DNA of 64,000 bases from assembly GCA_977030845.1 (NCBI GenBank), contig OZ365111.1:40920001-40984000 (forward strand), in the 5' to 3' direction. Made by a program: the position numbers and the translations under genes. The stretch's first letter is position 1; each line of letters opens with the position of its first letter. This DNA comes from Fimbriosthenelais zetlandica (taxonomy: Eukaryota). This document shows, piece by piece, positions 12,884 through 26,055 of the stretch. The notes under the pieces are model-generated. The model was not told the origin of the DNA. It saw only the letters and a list, made by a program, of their open reading frames with translations, and ran no database searches.

Positions 12884-13092
12884 TGGAGGAGTTTTCTAGA
12901 GGTGACATGTTGTCGTGGCTTCGCTCTAATTCTTCACACATGGAGGCGAGGTCAGAGATCTGCATGGTGGTCTCCGTCCTGATACTGGCCGTGTCAGCAT
13001 CCTCATCCTCATCCTCCACGTCATCCAGGTTACCTATATCCTTAGAGCTTCCTATTGACATCAGACTAGCTATACTCTGCATATCGTCATCA
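12884..13092 (-). CDS. EHBP1: EHBP1 coding exon 5 (209 nt): (T)DDDMQSIASLMSIGSSKDIGNLDDVEDEDED...NMSPLENSS
   Basis: cttgcag|T GAT acceptor completes ACT; A|gtaagt donor (phase 1); conserved DEDMQSLASLMS and DIGNLDD motifs. Confidence 0.93.
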
Positions 13093-16000
13093 CTGCAAGA
13101 CAAGAGAACCAGAGGTGAGGAAAGTGAGACATTTTTTTGGGGTCAATAAAATTCTTTTTTTTTTTACTAACTGGGAATACAAAGGATGAGGAAACATTTT
13201 TTTCAAAATATAAAGGAGAGAAAGGCTTTTCACGTTTTAAGCCTAAATTAAAGATCACTGTTTTTAAACATAATTCTTGTAATTCTAAACAGAGGGTTGA
13301 CCCAAGGGAAAAGTATATATGTATTCACGGGAACATCATTGGTAGGGACTTAAGTGTTCCGGATAGAAACTTTCCTGAGTATATTCTTTATTGTTACATA
13401 TTGGTTTAATTTGTCAGGAATGGTTCTTTAACATGTCTCTTCCTTAGTCTCAGTTCGGACCAACCCAAAAGAAATTATACATAAATATAAGAAGAAGGTA
13501 CTTCAGACGTAAGTACAACACATCATAAAATTGTTCAAAGGGATTGAGTAAAAGCTGGTCCTTTTGCACAGTACCAGATCGAGTCTTTTAAACACAAGTT
13601 CCGTTGATAATTCCAGTCATGCACGGACGAAACGGAGCCCGAATATGGTAATTAATATTGATCAGCAATCCATCTGACACGTATCACTTACACTTAAACA
13701 CAGTCACCCACCTCCCCACAAAAAGTACACTCTCAAGGGCATCCTCAATTGTTGTATTTTCTTCATTTCCTATTTATTTCCAAATAATTTAAGGTCAATG
13801 CAGCAGTTAAATTAGATATGTAATTGGCCTTTTAAGTACGTTTTAAATCATTCAAAGCATTCTAGTTATAAAGGATATAAAGATGAAACAGAATTTCTTG
13901 AAAAATTATCGAATGTATCATGGGATGCTCAGATCATTTACATTTGGTGTTGTACAAATTAATACAAATATTTTACGATCTTATTGAGAGAATCGGAGAT
14001 TTTCTTGGAAGAACGGTCTATTGGCTATACCAATACCATCCAATTCCGTCTATATTATGATAGAAGAACACCTAAGTATATTAGAGCTAAAGAATTGTTT
14101 TTACACACTCAAAGTTCAAAGGAAGAGAACGATTGCTTTTCAGTTAGTTTTTCCCTCAAGAATCAGCGCCCGAACGTTCACTCCGAGAACAGATCAAAGA
14201 CATGAGCTGAACATACAGTCTCACACACCAAAGCGGGAAGAAACGAGAGAGGGAGAAAGAGAAGTGGGGTCGATTAAAGTACGGCGTAAAATAATTAAAA
14301 ATCCTCCACTCGGTCTTCAACATGGTGAAATGTGTGATCAAGTCTCTGTGTTTTAAGGGCGTGCCTCTCAACTGCTTTGGTCTAGTGGCGATTTACACAA
14401 GTTGAGTTTTTGAAGTGGCTGTGGAAGGTGTGAAGTGGGTGCAATCTTTAAGAGAGGGGATCAAATTTTTCAGGGGTTTAAAAAAAATGTATTGCCTACT
14501 TCTAGGGGGAGGAGCTGCTGATAGAAAAAGGTTTCTTCCAAAAAGAGAATGGTGGCAGAGGGGGAATTGGAATTGTTGACTGGATACTGATATCATTTCT
14601 ATAAAAAAAATATCCTCATGAAATGTAAGTTATTTGATCGACAAAATACCCTTTTGTGGAAGGAAAGTGGAGACGAGGATACTGCATTAGGATAGCATAG
14701 GAAAATCATGGAAAGTATTTCTTTAGCTGGAAAACAATTTCTGTTCAGTTAGTACAAGGAAACTGGTATAATAGATGGCAGTGGGTGGGAAGGAGTCCAG
14801 GCAGGAACTACTATTTTTGGTCCAGTAGGGGAATCACATATAGGAAGTTGAGGCATGATTTATACAACCATTGTTGGAGCAGGACAAACTTGCAGGACTT
14901 GGCCGTGGCCGAACTCTGATGTATACCGTCTAGACTGGGAATAAAGGCTACAAAGTACAAGCACTTGTCAGAAATCACTGGAGAGCTGGAGCAAATCTCT
15001 CGATGTTTGCCTCTCAGTCCCAGGAGGTGAAGGTTGTGGAGGAAGGAAGAGGCCGGGGCGATGGGCGAGACAGGGAAGAAACGATTGACAAATTATGACT
15101 TATGGCGGGGCCTGTAGGTTAGTATGATTCCTCATAGAGGAAGCTCCACAGACGAAAAAATGTAAAATCAATGAAATAATAAGAAAGGGCGAGAGAAAGG
15201 GAGGACGAGGGGGTGAGGGTGTAAAGTGGGACAGGAGGGGAGAGGGGTAGGTGGAGAGAGGGAGGGAGAATCATTTCAAACATTGTTCAAGGATAGCGTT
15301 CCAAGGCTATACACAAAAGACTGAACAAAAAATATTTCACTTGTGTAAAATGAATAGGCTAATTAATTAATGTATCACTTTAACCGGCATTTTCAAATAA
15401 TGTACCATTTGCTTATAAAGAAGCTATGAAACACTTCATCCTTTCAGGAAAAAGGGATGCGTTGGCGATTGCCTGCTTGCATGTTACGACATAGACCCTT
15501 TTAGTAAAGCTTAGCTAAAGCTAAAATTAAGCAGAATTGAGCTATATACTAGAATACTAGAGAGAAGTTCACTCTGTCTTCAAATACCATTCATTGCAAA
15601 TCTTCTGAAGGTCTTGAAAGTGACCATCTATCTAGTTTTTACTTCGGCTCTTAATTTTCTGAAGGAAGAGAGACAGTTTAGGAAAGTCGTCAGAAAAAAG
15701 ATTCCCTGATATTTTCAAAAGATATATGTAAAAATTGTCGCAGTTCTACAAAGGAATTCGGCCCATTGCAGAAGCAACTGCGTCCATTGGATTTGCATAG
15801 ACGACAGAGCAATGTTGAGAGGGATTGAAGGTCAAAATATCACAGGCAAATATAAAAATATAGAACGTTTGAAGGAAGCAACATTTGAATGATTTAAACC
15901 CATAAAGAATGTGTAAATGCAACTGTTCCTTTTTACTTATGGCCTGGGAGATACCAATCAAAACGTTAAGGACGAATGTTAAACAAAGGAAGCCAATATA

Positions 16001-16349
16001 AGGAGTTCTGTTCTGTGGAAGGATAAATCGGGGGTTCCAGAAGAGTTAGGGGATGTCTTCTATAGATGCTCTGGGGAGCTGAGGGGGGCATGCTGGACCG
16101 AATCAAGAGGCTTAAAGGCAATGGGCAGCCCTCCTATCCCAGAAGGTTTCTGATAGGAGCGCTCTTTCGTTCAGATTGTAAGGTTTCTGTAGTCTGATCG
16201 AAGGCAAACGGTAGAACACTCATGAGGGATAGCTGAGCTATCGATCATTGGACTGAGTATGGAAGGGCAGGGGTATAGATCTTAGAACTCTATACCTTCT
16301 CTGGTAGAGTTCATGATACCCTGTAAGATGCAACTCGATACGAGGTAAA

Positions 16350-16411
16350 TGAATGAATGAATGAATGGTGATTTAACGCCATGCCAGCTGCTAAGGCTAT
16401 ATTCATGGCGA
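16350..16411 (-). mobile_element. 5'-truncated retroposon 3' end with (CATT)n tail and 13-bp TSD
   Basis: GATACGAGGTAAA at 16337-16349 and 16412-16424 flanks 62 bp reading (minus) TCGCCATGAATATAGCCTTAGCAGCTGGCATGGCGTTAAATCACCATTCATTCATTCATTCA. Confidence 0.85.
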
Positions 16412-16719
16412 GATACGAGGTAAAAGATATATGCAAAGATACATATACAGTATATTAAATAAACTTATAATTAACCTGGATAACAGCAAAAATGTGGCAA
16501 AAAGACAGCCACAAGAAATAATTTCAGAATGGAACAAGTAAAGAAATGTATATGTGAAAGAAACCTTATACTTTGTGCTGAATGAGGCATCTCTGGAAAG
16601 GGGAAGGAATTGATATTGAGTTGCAAGGATGTACGAAACATCTAACGAAGGGTGGACGGATGGATGGATAAATATGAATTTAACGCTATGCAAGATACCA
16701 TGGCTATTTGTAAGGGCGG

Positions 16720-16835
16720 AAGGAAGAGACGCCGGAAGGAAGGAAGGGAGGAAGGAAAGAAGGAAGGAAGTAAGCAAGCAAGGAAAGGGAATGAAAGGAC
16801 GAAAAGGAAAGGAAATGAAGGGAACGGAAACAGAA
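16720..16835. repeat. Degenerate (GGAA)n tract
   Basis: Direct inspection. Confidence 0.8.
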
Positions 16836-17818
16836 CTGAACTCGGTCAATTAATTAATGGATTGACAAGCTGAATGTTTGTTAATTAGAACATGAAATGT
16901 AAAGAGCATGATACTTGACATGGTTATATAGGGCTGGCAGACCAAGCGGCGCCAGTGCCGGGATGGGTGGCAGGAAAGCAGCACATCAAGGGTTATCTCT
17001 CAGATAAGAAAGGCTTTATCAGACAAACTCTGTGATGAGGTTATTAAAAGGAAATGACACTGCGATAACGACCATGGCCTATCGCCAGTAAGAGCTACAA
17101 TTATAAACACTTCCGCCTCCATGTTTGAACATGAAAATCGATCAGGCAAGCATGGATCTCCCAACCATTTTCACATCATAAAGCTCCATAAATGCAAACA
17201 CGGTACGCCCTCCAATCAATCATGAGGGGAAATGGTTTCTTCCTCCCAACCTACAGGCCTTGAATTTAGATGGGATCATCTGGAAGGCGGACCAGGTAAC
17301 TAGGTATTTGGGGCAGGAATATCGATGGGAATACCCAAGTGGGGTTCTTTTTTTATCCGAAAATAGCCCACGCTATATGGGATTTTGATATAGGAATAAG
17401 GAGGCAAATATTTTCAAATTGAAGCTCATCTTTTAATGGGTCATTACTTAAGTTGAGTGGAAGGCAACATTTAGGAGGCTTGTCATTCATTAAGGATTTA
17501 TGCGTCATCATAATATACTGATGTGATTCCTCGATAAATTATGCATAGAAAATATAATGCCTAAATCACAGTTATCTGGGCCCATTTCGGATCATAGTAG
17601 GACTTAGGAGTTAAAATCCGAAGAAAAATATCCATTCTTCTTATACAGAATATAGATCTATTGGGAGAAAGCTGAGACCAGACCAAGACATCACTTTCAC
17701 TTTTTCATATTTTCAAGAAAGATCTTTATTGGTTCAAGAACTCTTCACTTTAACAGTATTAAAGATACATTGTACCAAGGAATTTCTCAGGTTTCTCAGA
17801 GTTGGTAAAGATACTTAC

Positions 17819-18000
17819 GTGGCCTTGCCTTCCCGTATGAAGACACAGGAGAGTGTGAGAGAGAGCGTGCCAGACACCACCTTCTTGCTGGCTGGACGGA
17901 GCTTCAGTTTCAGCTCCGTCTGGGTGGGGATCTGACTGGCATAGTCTTTCATGTTGATGGCCCTGCTCGCCAAAACCTTACGTCGACCCTTCTTATCGTG
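17819..18000 (-). CDS. EHBP1: EHBP1 coding exon 4 (182 nt): HDKKGRRKVLASRAINMKDYASQIPTQTELKLKLRPASKKVVSGTLSLTLSCVFIREGKA + AC
   Basis: aatctttcag| acceptor, AC|gtaagt donor, phase 0-2; matches end of NT-C2 (..SKKVVSA.L..SLSC.F.REGKAT). Confidence 0.97.
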
Positions 18001-18033
18001 CTGAAAGATTGAAAAATATTCGAGCAATTAATA

Positions 18034-18105
18034 ATATATTTAAAAGCCAATTAATATTAATATATTTACAAGCCAATTAATTAAAAAATATATTTAAAAG
18101 CCAAT
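18034..18105. repeat. Three copies of ATATATTTA(A/C)AAGCCAAT, spacing 26-28 bp
   Basis: Copies at 18034, 18060 and 18088. Confidence 0.9.
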
Positions 18106-18914
18106 ATTGAAGTACAGGTCAGATGACATTGTCAATAACGAAATACAATTATTGATATGAATATATCATTTTTGTTTTTGAAGTCTTATTGCTGTTTAAT
18201 ATGTAGATCTGCTCAACTTTCTTCCAAGGGCCTTTCAGACATAAGGGCCTTTTGTCGTAACCCCCTTCTCCATTCCACATCAGAAGAGTCTAATCTAACC
18301 AACCGAAGTTCAATGAAAACCAATTTGCTTCATCACAACTCTGTGAGAGATAGGAGAGATACAAGAGAGGAGTAAAGTCCAATTGGAATGGACAGCTGTC
18401 ATTAGATTCATATCAAACTAAGACACGAGCCTCTAATTCTGGGCCGGCTCTGATCATGGTAAATGTGAATATATCACCTTGGTCCCAGCGGACCCCGGAT
18501 ATGAGGCTACAGAAGCCATTTGAGTGCACAGCTGCAATCAGATAGCAAAGAGGCAGGCTAAAAGGGGGATCAATAAATCTCGACATATTGGCCGTCTTTT
18601 GGTGTAAATGATCACTTTTTTCCCTTTTGAAGACAGAGAGCCGTGAACTTGGACTCGGCATCCTGGGACTTCACAGGACGCTCTATAACGCCTCCGATAT
18701 TTGGGATCTGGCAGCTTTTCTCTGATGGCGAGGGATAAAGCCTTGATAATGGCCCAGACTGCCAGTGTTTAGCTCACACAAATGGAAGTGGCTTAGTGAT
18801 CCAAGGCCTTTGGATCTGGCACAGACTCCCTCCCGAGTTGTGAATGACTTCATTTCATGAAACATTATAAATGACTTTCAACATCTGTGTGGTAGGACAG
18901 AAAAAATTTTGAAT

Positions 18915-18985
18915 GAAACATTGAAGATATATTCTATGTAATAGATTAGAACGAAACATTGAAGATATATTCTATGCAATAGATT
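18915..18985. repeat. Tandem duplication, 2 x 38 bp
   Basis: GAAACATTGAAGATATATTCTATG(T/C)AATAGATT at 18915 and 18953. Confidence 0.92.
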
Positions 18986-19195
18986 GAAAACAAATTTGTT
19001 ATTTTGATTTGAATGGAGTTTTACATGTCAACAAGAGCCATGGTCAAATAGGAAATACGCTGCCGACTCTTCATGGTCTGCCTTTCTCGAACAGCAGCAA
19101 TGGTTCTCTCATTATTAAAGAGAGTGGGATACATGGCTGGTCTTAAATTACCCAGTTAGCATCATTGGGGAGAATGACAAATGTGTAGAATTCTT

Positions 19196-19260
19196 GTGGA
19201 ATTTAACCCAGGACCTCCCACATTCATGCCAAACACTCTACCACTTGAACCATGGCCCCC
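19196..19260 (-). mobile_element. tRNA-like (Ala-like) SINE head or tRNA pseudogene
   Basis: Minus: GGGGGCCATGGTTCAAGTGGTAGAGTGTTTGGCATGAATGTGGGAGGTCCTGGGTTAAATTCCAC; A-box- and B-box-like motifs with correct spacing; acceptor stem not intact, so not a functional tRNA. Confidence 0.65.
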
Positions 19261-21617
19261 ACCCACGAATAAACTTTTCTCTGTACATGTACTTGTTCAA
19301 TACAGACATCCTTCATATAACATTATAGAGGGACACATATCCAGCTCAGAATTAAGAATACAGTTACTAAGCCCAAAATCCAATTAACCTCATATAGTCA
19401 ATTTACATTTTTTGAATAACTTTAAAGGTTATAGAGAAGAGAATCTTTTTCCTGGAGGCTAGAGGATTTAGTGAGGTCTGGAAAATAAAGGCCACTGGTA
19501 TATACGGTGGACGGAGAAAAGCAAAACACTTCACGGCAAGGAAAGATTGTGACCTTCTAAAGGCTTAAGCTGACAATATGTCACAAGGTTCACTGGTTTC
19601 AAACTGCTCCCAGACTGCTTCAGTCTGACAGAAAAACACAATAAAATCATTGTAGTGAAAGAAAGTAGCTAACTGCTGAGCACCAACAAGATATTATCCC
19701 CTGAGGATATAGATGTACGGCGGCGCGGGTCCCCTCAGTTGGCCATGAATAAGTAAATCTCATCTTTTTTTCTCTAGATACGAGCGCCTGTCACTTGAGA
19801 TTTGAACATTGATTTCAGCGTTTCTATTATTTGTAAACTTTGACAAAACTTCAGACATATATATTTCCTTTCATAGCCACTCCATGTATATATACGGTAT
19901 TCCAATGAAACAAGGTGTCTTTATGTATTTGAGAGTGGTGCGTTTGAAAAGATTGAAGATGGTCTAGCGACTTAAGTGGCGGTTCGCGTTTCGGTTGACT
20001 TGAGCGACGAAGGTCCTCTAAAGGTGGTGGAGGTTTCTCAGGTGGGGGAAACATTGTGTGTTATGGGGGAGATATGGGGCTCATCACCTGTGAATCTATG
20101 ACGAAGGTAACAATGAACATGTATAGGATTTTGTTGGGGCAGGCCTCGAGGGTCCTTATACTTTCAGCATGGCCCCCCAAGTGGACCGGACCAAAGGGAC
20201 CTGTTGAGGGGAAAGAGAGCCAATTATTCTCATATAGATGCAACCCCGAGCATTGTCCATGTTCACCTATTTATCATATCTCCTACAAGGTTCATCCCGT
20301 TATACAGCCAGGTTTCCACTTGATGACCTGTGAATGTGGTATGCAATTGGCAGGGACTAATGGTTAGAAATCTCTTTATGTTAAGGCGGCCCAGAGGGAT
20401 TAGGGTGACCTGGGGGGGTGGAAACATTTTAATGGGAATTAAAAATATCATATATCGCTATTTTACCCAAAGCTTTTTCATTAAAGATACCTTTACCAGT
20501 ACTTCTCAAATTGAAATTAATAGAAATTGAAAATAATACATCTTTGCCTTATGATATATGATCAAGCATGCAAAATGATCAGGCACTGGCCATGTAACTA
20601 AGAAAGAAGTTTTGAAAAAACCCACTTAAACCAGAAAAAAACTCACTTGAACTATAAGGTCATTAGATCTGTGCCAGCTTAATTGCAACACTTTGAAAAG
20701 TTGAGGCATCATGTCTGTTGTCTTCATCAGTAGAGGTCAAGAGTACACTTAGTAACCTCCTAGTTTTCTATTCCCCAGTGTGATAGCAGACTTCGGAATT
20801 GTACAACAGGGTACTGTTTCCAATGGTCTTTTTAATCAGGCCTTCTCACCCCCGGTGGACCCAGAGGACCTGTTTCGTCTATAGGTAGCAGCTGAGGCCT
20901 GGCTCTATGGAGGCCTACATGCCACTGCCATCACCTAATATCCGCCACTCCATGTTCATTAAAAACACACCGCATATCCTTTACACTTCTAACGAGTTGG
21001 GTTAACTCTTTATTTTAGCCGACCACCCTCGGGTTATGGATGCCGAAAAGGAGGTGCACTGTTTGCAACTATACTTAAGTTGTTTCACAAGTAGAAAAAG
21101 TTGACGGTCATGGTGTTAGAAGTGGACAACTGGTTACAGTTGAAAAATAGATATTATTTCTTGCAAATTTCGGTTAATGGCTTTGGTGGCTTTCCAAGTT
21201 TTGAGATCAGTTTCGAAATGATTTGTCCAAGTTTGTTTGTATTTTGTGTGTGTGCGAGGGTGGGGGTGGTGGGGGGGGGGGGGGAGGGGGAGGGTTCAAA
21301 ATATTTATTCTGTCATGTTTAGGCATTGGTGTCGTTTTTCGAGTATCCATTCAGGTGTTCATATCTATACATGTTTCAATGTTTTACATGAGAGGAAATT
21401 AAAACTGATTATCTTAGTTTCTGATGTCACGAAAGTGTTTATATGTTATGGACCTTATGGCGGACGCCCTTGAGTCTCCTGACACCTTTGTCTCATCTAT
21501 AATATCATTGTAAAATTATATTTGAAGACGCTGGTTTCATTGTGCTGGGACATTCAGGTACGGAAAAGTTTACTAAATTAATTAATAATTATAGAAAGAA
21601 CATGTTTTCTCGCTTAC

Positions 21618-21767
21618 ATCCTCTATAACGAATGTCCATTCTTTGTCCTCAAAATCTGTCTGCCTCGGGTCCCTGAACAGTGTGACGGTCGTCTCGATGT
21701 TCTCAGGTACTGGCCACACTACCATGCCACGGTACGGGTTCTGTATACTCGGTTCCCAGGTGTGCGC
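21618..21767 (-). CDS. EHBP1: EHBP1 coding exon 3 (150 nt): AHTWEPSIQNPYRGMVVWPVPENIETTVTLFRDPRQTDFEDKEWTFVIED
   Basis: ttttttgcag| acceptor, GAT|gtaagc donor, phase 0-0; hallmark NT-C2 motifs NPYRG.VVWPVPEN and FEDKEWTFVIE. Confidence 0.97.
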
Positions 21768-23283
21768 CTGCAAAAAAAATTATTTTTCTTAGAAATATTT
21801 TAATTTTAATCTCCCAACAACTCATTTTCACAAAGATTTCAAAGAAACGCTTTGGTTGCTGTTTAGTGTATGGAACAGAATTTATGTTCTTATGATTTTC
21901 CTTTGATCTCAAATACATAATTAAAACCTTAGCTCTGGAAAATGTCAATATTATTGAATATGAAATGAAAAGAAGAATAAAAGTACCGACAGATAGTCAT
22001 ATTGTTAAAGGACTGGGAAAAATGAATAATTTCTTAATGGCCAAAACTTGAAATGGAATGGACATTTTAGTGAAATTTCCCTAAAGTGTTTTTGAAAGGT
22101 GATAGTGCCAAAGAATGTCCATCGAAGACCGGCCGCAAATGGCCATGGTCCTTGACACTTCCGGTCGCCATAGCAATAGGTCATTGGAAGGATCTAGAGG
22201 GGGGAAATGTCGTCTGCTAAAGTTCACATTGTATAGAGAGCGCCGACATGTCTGCGCCTGACCCCCACACGCAGAGAAAGTAAAGGATTTGTGGGCATTA
22301 AGTTGAAAGGTATAGGCAAGTTGTTCTCTTTCACCATGAAAGCCTTGGTATGTGGCGGTTCTCTGGTGGTATCTTTGACCTCACCTGATACCCTGGCCCG
22401 GGTATAAAGAGAAAGAGTCTCTCTACTATGTCCACCGCTTTCACCAGGTCCAATACAAATGTCATGACAAGGCACTTAAACTTGAAATGCTGTTTAAACA
22501 TTCAATTAAAATGCCACAATCGGAGTTTAATTACAATCTCTCAGACAAAGCTGGCGCTCGTTTTGGACATCCAACTCAAAACTAATTGCCGTTCTATATG
22601 TGTGTGCTCTTCCTTGTCCTACCAAAAATATTAATTGTTATGCCTGTTGGGTGATTTTGCTCGCTTGGATTTTTATTTTGATTTGATTCTTTTTTTATCA
22701 GTAACCGTCTGTTCGTCTTAGATAATGATTCAGGATTTACATAGGTCTGAACAGATTGACAAAAAATCTTATCGCTCTCTACCAATTGCCAAGGCCATGA
22801 ACCCAATTTGTAGCTCTATCACCTGGACAGCTTACTGCATTTTAACACATCATTTTTCCCTAAATAGTTCTTTTCTTTCTGATTGAAAGAAGTATCCATT
22901 TGGGGGTTAAGTATGCGAATGGTGACAGAGCGTGTCTCTCGGGTGGTCTGTCAGTGACATGGCGGTGCTTATTTGATGTGTCATCTCCTTGTAGAAGCTA
23001 ACAGACCGTGCTGGTGTAACCACTCACTCAACCAGATACTGTTAGTGGCCCGGACACAGGCCAGTTTCATCACAATTCTATATATAAGTATGCCTTAAAT
23101 TCAGGGATCGAAGAGATAAGTTGCATGTTACAGCAACTTTTTAAATTTTAAATAAGATGCGTTGACACTAACATACGTAGAAAGAACATGGAATTTCTTG
23201 GACAATCTTTCTGCTTCTCATCATTATCATATTTCTCATTTAATAATTTTAATAATGATTTTTAGAAATTGTCAAATGCTTAC

Positions 23284-23341
23284 CTCGGTTGTTCGACGCC
23301 TGTTGCGGCGGGTCCAAACTACACAAAGCTTGTTGGGCTGC
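23284..23341 (-). CDS. EHBP1: EHBP1 coding exon 2 (58 nt): (W)QPNKLCVVWTRRNRRRTTE
   Basis: tatttgcag|G CAG CCC... acceptor, GAG|gtaagc donor; phase 2 in and phase 0 out, matching neighbours; matches EHBP1 QPDKLVVVWTRR motif. Confidence 0.96.
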
Positions 23342-25929
23342 CTGCAAATAAAAATAAAAAGTATATTAAATGTTGGTTTCGAAAGTAAACGTATAGAGCA
23401 GGTCACGAGCGTTCCAATATTTATATTTTTAATAAAATTTCAAAATATAAAAGTAGTGACAGTAGAAACTAGAGAATATACCCATTTCAGACAATTCTCT
23501 GTCCAACTGGAATAAATCTTGCAGGGACAACACGCACAAAGTTGAACTTTTCTCAATTTCACTCACAAAAATAGTGAAAACTTTGTATCTTTGCTTTTTA
23601 TTGCGAAAAAGCTAAGTAAAATAAGTGGCTTGTGTACAACGCTTTCAGGCCTGTATTCTGACCCTGTGTGACTTTATATCTAGACTCATTTAGTGAAAAC
23701 GCATCACATATAAGGGAAGATAAAGAGTAGAAGGTGTTTGGGCTAACATGACAGGGGATGGGGAGGTGGTTGGGGATGGGAGGGGGATAGGAGGTAGAAG
23801 GGGAGAGAATCGGGGGGAGGGGGTGGCCAAGGGAAGGACCCAAAAGAGGTAATAGTGATAGGGGTCATTAGAGAGTCTAAATGGATGGCTATATGGCATG
23901 GCTGTGAGCAGGAAGAAGAGGAGTGCTAATTTGGGGATTATCCACCTTTTTACTGGGTTCTGCTTGACTGGGGTGATGGGTAAGGAGCGGACAGGTGTGA
24001 CAATCAATGCCGACGCTATGTCCGAACCCAACACCGGGCGGCATCTGATAGAGCGGGCAGAGTGGACGGGCGTGTAAGGTCTAATAAAAACAAACACATC
24101 ACTGCTAATCACCTCTTTACGGCTTTATAAAGATGGCCAAATCACGGGAAGGCTTCACTATGTAAGGCCTATAGGGCATAGCTTTTATCAGATGGTTATC
24201 ATATGTGTTTCTCTAGGTTATCTGATGGGAGAGGGAAGGGATGGGGCTCATCTATAGTGAGTGGAGGAAAGTAACCGTTGAATCTCGATGAACTGCTTGG
24301 AGGGTCAAGCTTCTTTTTAAAAGACTCAAGGGTGAATCTCAGATGGGTCAGTTTGGATTCAATATGTCACACTCATATGGTCGGTTAGCCCTCAAGTCCA
24401 GGGGGCATGGGTGAGACTGGCAATAGAGTATGTCTATGGCAGGTCCTATACAGTAGCAGAACAACACCCGTTATGCAAGCATGGCCTGGGGCAAGCACCA
24501 GCCTATTGGTGCAGGGGACAAAAAATGACAAAAGCAAGGAGGGCAACATCCAGTACTCCCATTGTCCAAGCAAGGAAATACCTAATACATACATGATGGA
24601 GGGAATTGATTGGGAGTTTTTTTCCCATGTCAAATAGTAACTGGTTGGGGTAGTGAAAATAGGAGAGAGAGAGAGCACCATTTATGTTGGTAAGAATGGC
24701 TGGCTCCCAATGGGGCTTTTTATGTACGAGTCATGCAATCCTCCACCTTTGTGTGGATTTATTTCGAGTGGATGAAGGGAACATCTTCCCATAGGTTGGG
24801 TCTGTTAACGCTGGTGTGCGTGACTCTATGACCAGCCTCCCGAAGGTCCAGTCCATATAAGGGGAGGAGGAGGTGGTGGTGGTGGACGGTCCTGTCTCCA
24901 ATACTAAAAGTCCCTCCCAGCATGGGGCCCGGAGCTATGTAACAAACTCAGATGCTCTTCCCACCAGCTTCACCAAGTGGTCAATTAATCCACCATCTAA
25001 TACTGTCCAAACATACTTAAAAAATCTGCCTCAAAAAAGAAACCCTGAAGAGTAAATCCACCCCACTTAATATGAACTCAAGCCTGAATTTTGTAAGGGA
25101 ATTTGACCATGTTTTAAAGTGTTAAAATTTGGCGGGTATTACGAAGGATTAGGCTCATTTGATGATCAGTGTATGGGAGATTAGAATGACTAGGTTATAT
25201 TATCTATACACTGTGTAGGTTCAATCCCCACGAGGGGTTGGGTGGGGACTTGGTATAGTGAAATCAGCTTACAGAGTTTACATTGTAAAAGCCCTCCTAT
25301 AGACTATAAGCCATAGATACAGGATGATGGGTGGAGCAAATCAGCTTAGATCAGTCAAAAAGCAGCAGGCGCAATATCCCGTGTTTACAAACAAATCACT
25401 TTCAATAAGCACTGGGCTGAATGCCGGGCGGATTATCCGTTTTTGCTGGGGTTAGGGAAGAGAAAGGAATCGGGTGTCGAATGACTGTAACAGTGGGCAT
25501 AAGGCAAGAAGTCAATGTCTAAGCATGGTCGCGGTGCTATTGCCTAAATTTCATACTTCTCTAAACACAATAACAACCGATGGCTGGATTTTATGCCCCA
25601 TTAGACAGGTTTCTTTTTGGAGGAACATATACATTCATTTTATGTGGGGGCATTTATCGCAGGGATCAAGGAAAGGCCCGGGGAAATAGATTCTTTCCCA
25701 ATGTAAAATTGGAATGATAATTCTCTCATTGGCTGTCATATACATGTATCTACCGAAAATATAGTTAGACGAATAACATATTTGAGGAAATCTATAATTT
25801 AGGCAGTAGAGATGAAGTTAGTGATTTTACCTAATACTGGGATAAAAGTATAGCATGGGATGTATAAACAGTTTGTTCATACAGATTCTAGCTATTGGAT
25901 TAAAAGTAATTGTTTTTCAAGCTCCATCA

Positions 25930-26055
25930 CAGACGGACAGAGGTAGAGAGTCAGAGACAAAGAGAGAAGGGGAGAGGAAAAGTAGAGGGAGGGAGAGGGC
26001 ATGAGGGAGACAGATAGAGGGATCGAGACAGAGGGAGAGAAAGAGAAGAGAGCGT
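25930..26055. repeat. GA-rich low-complexity tract
   Basis: Direct inspection. Confidence 0.8.
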
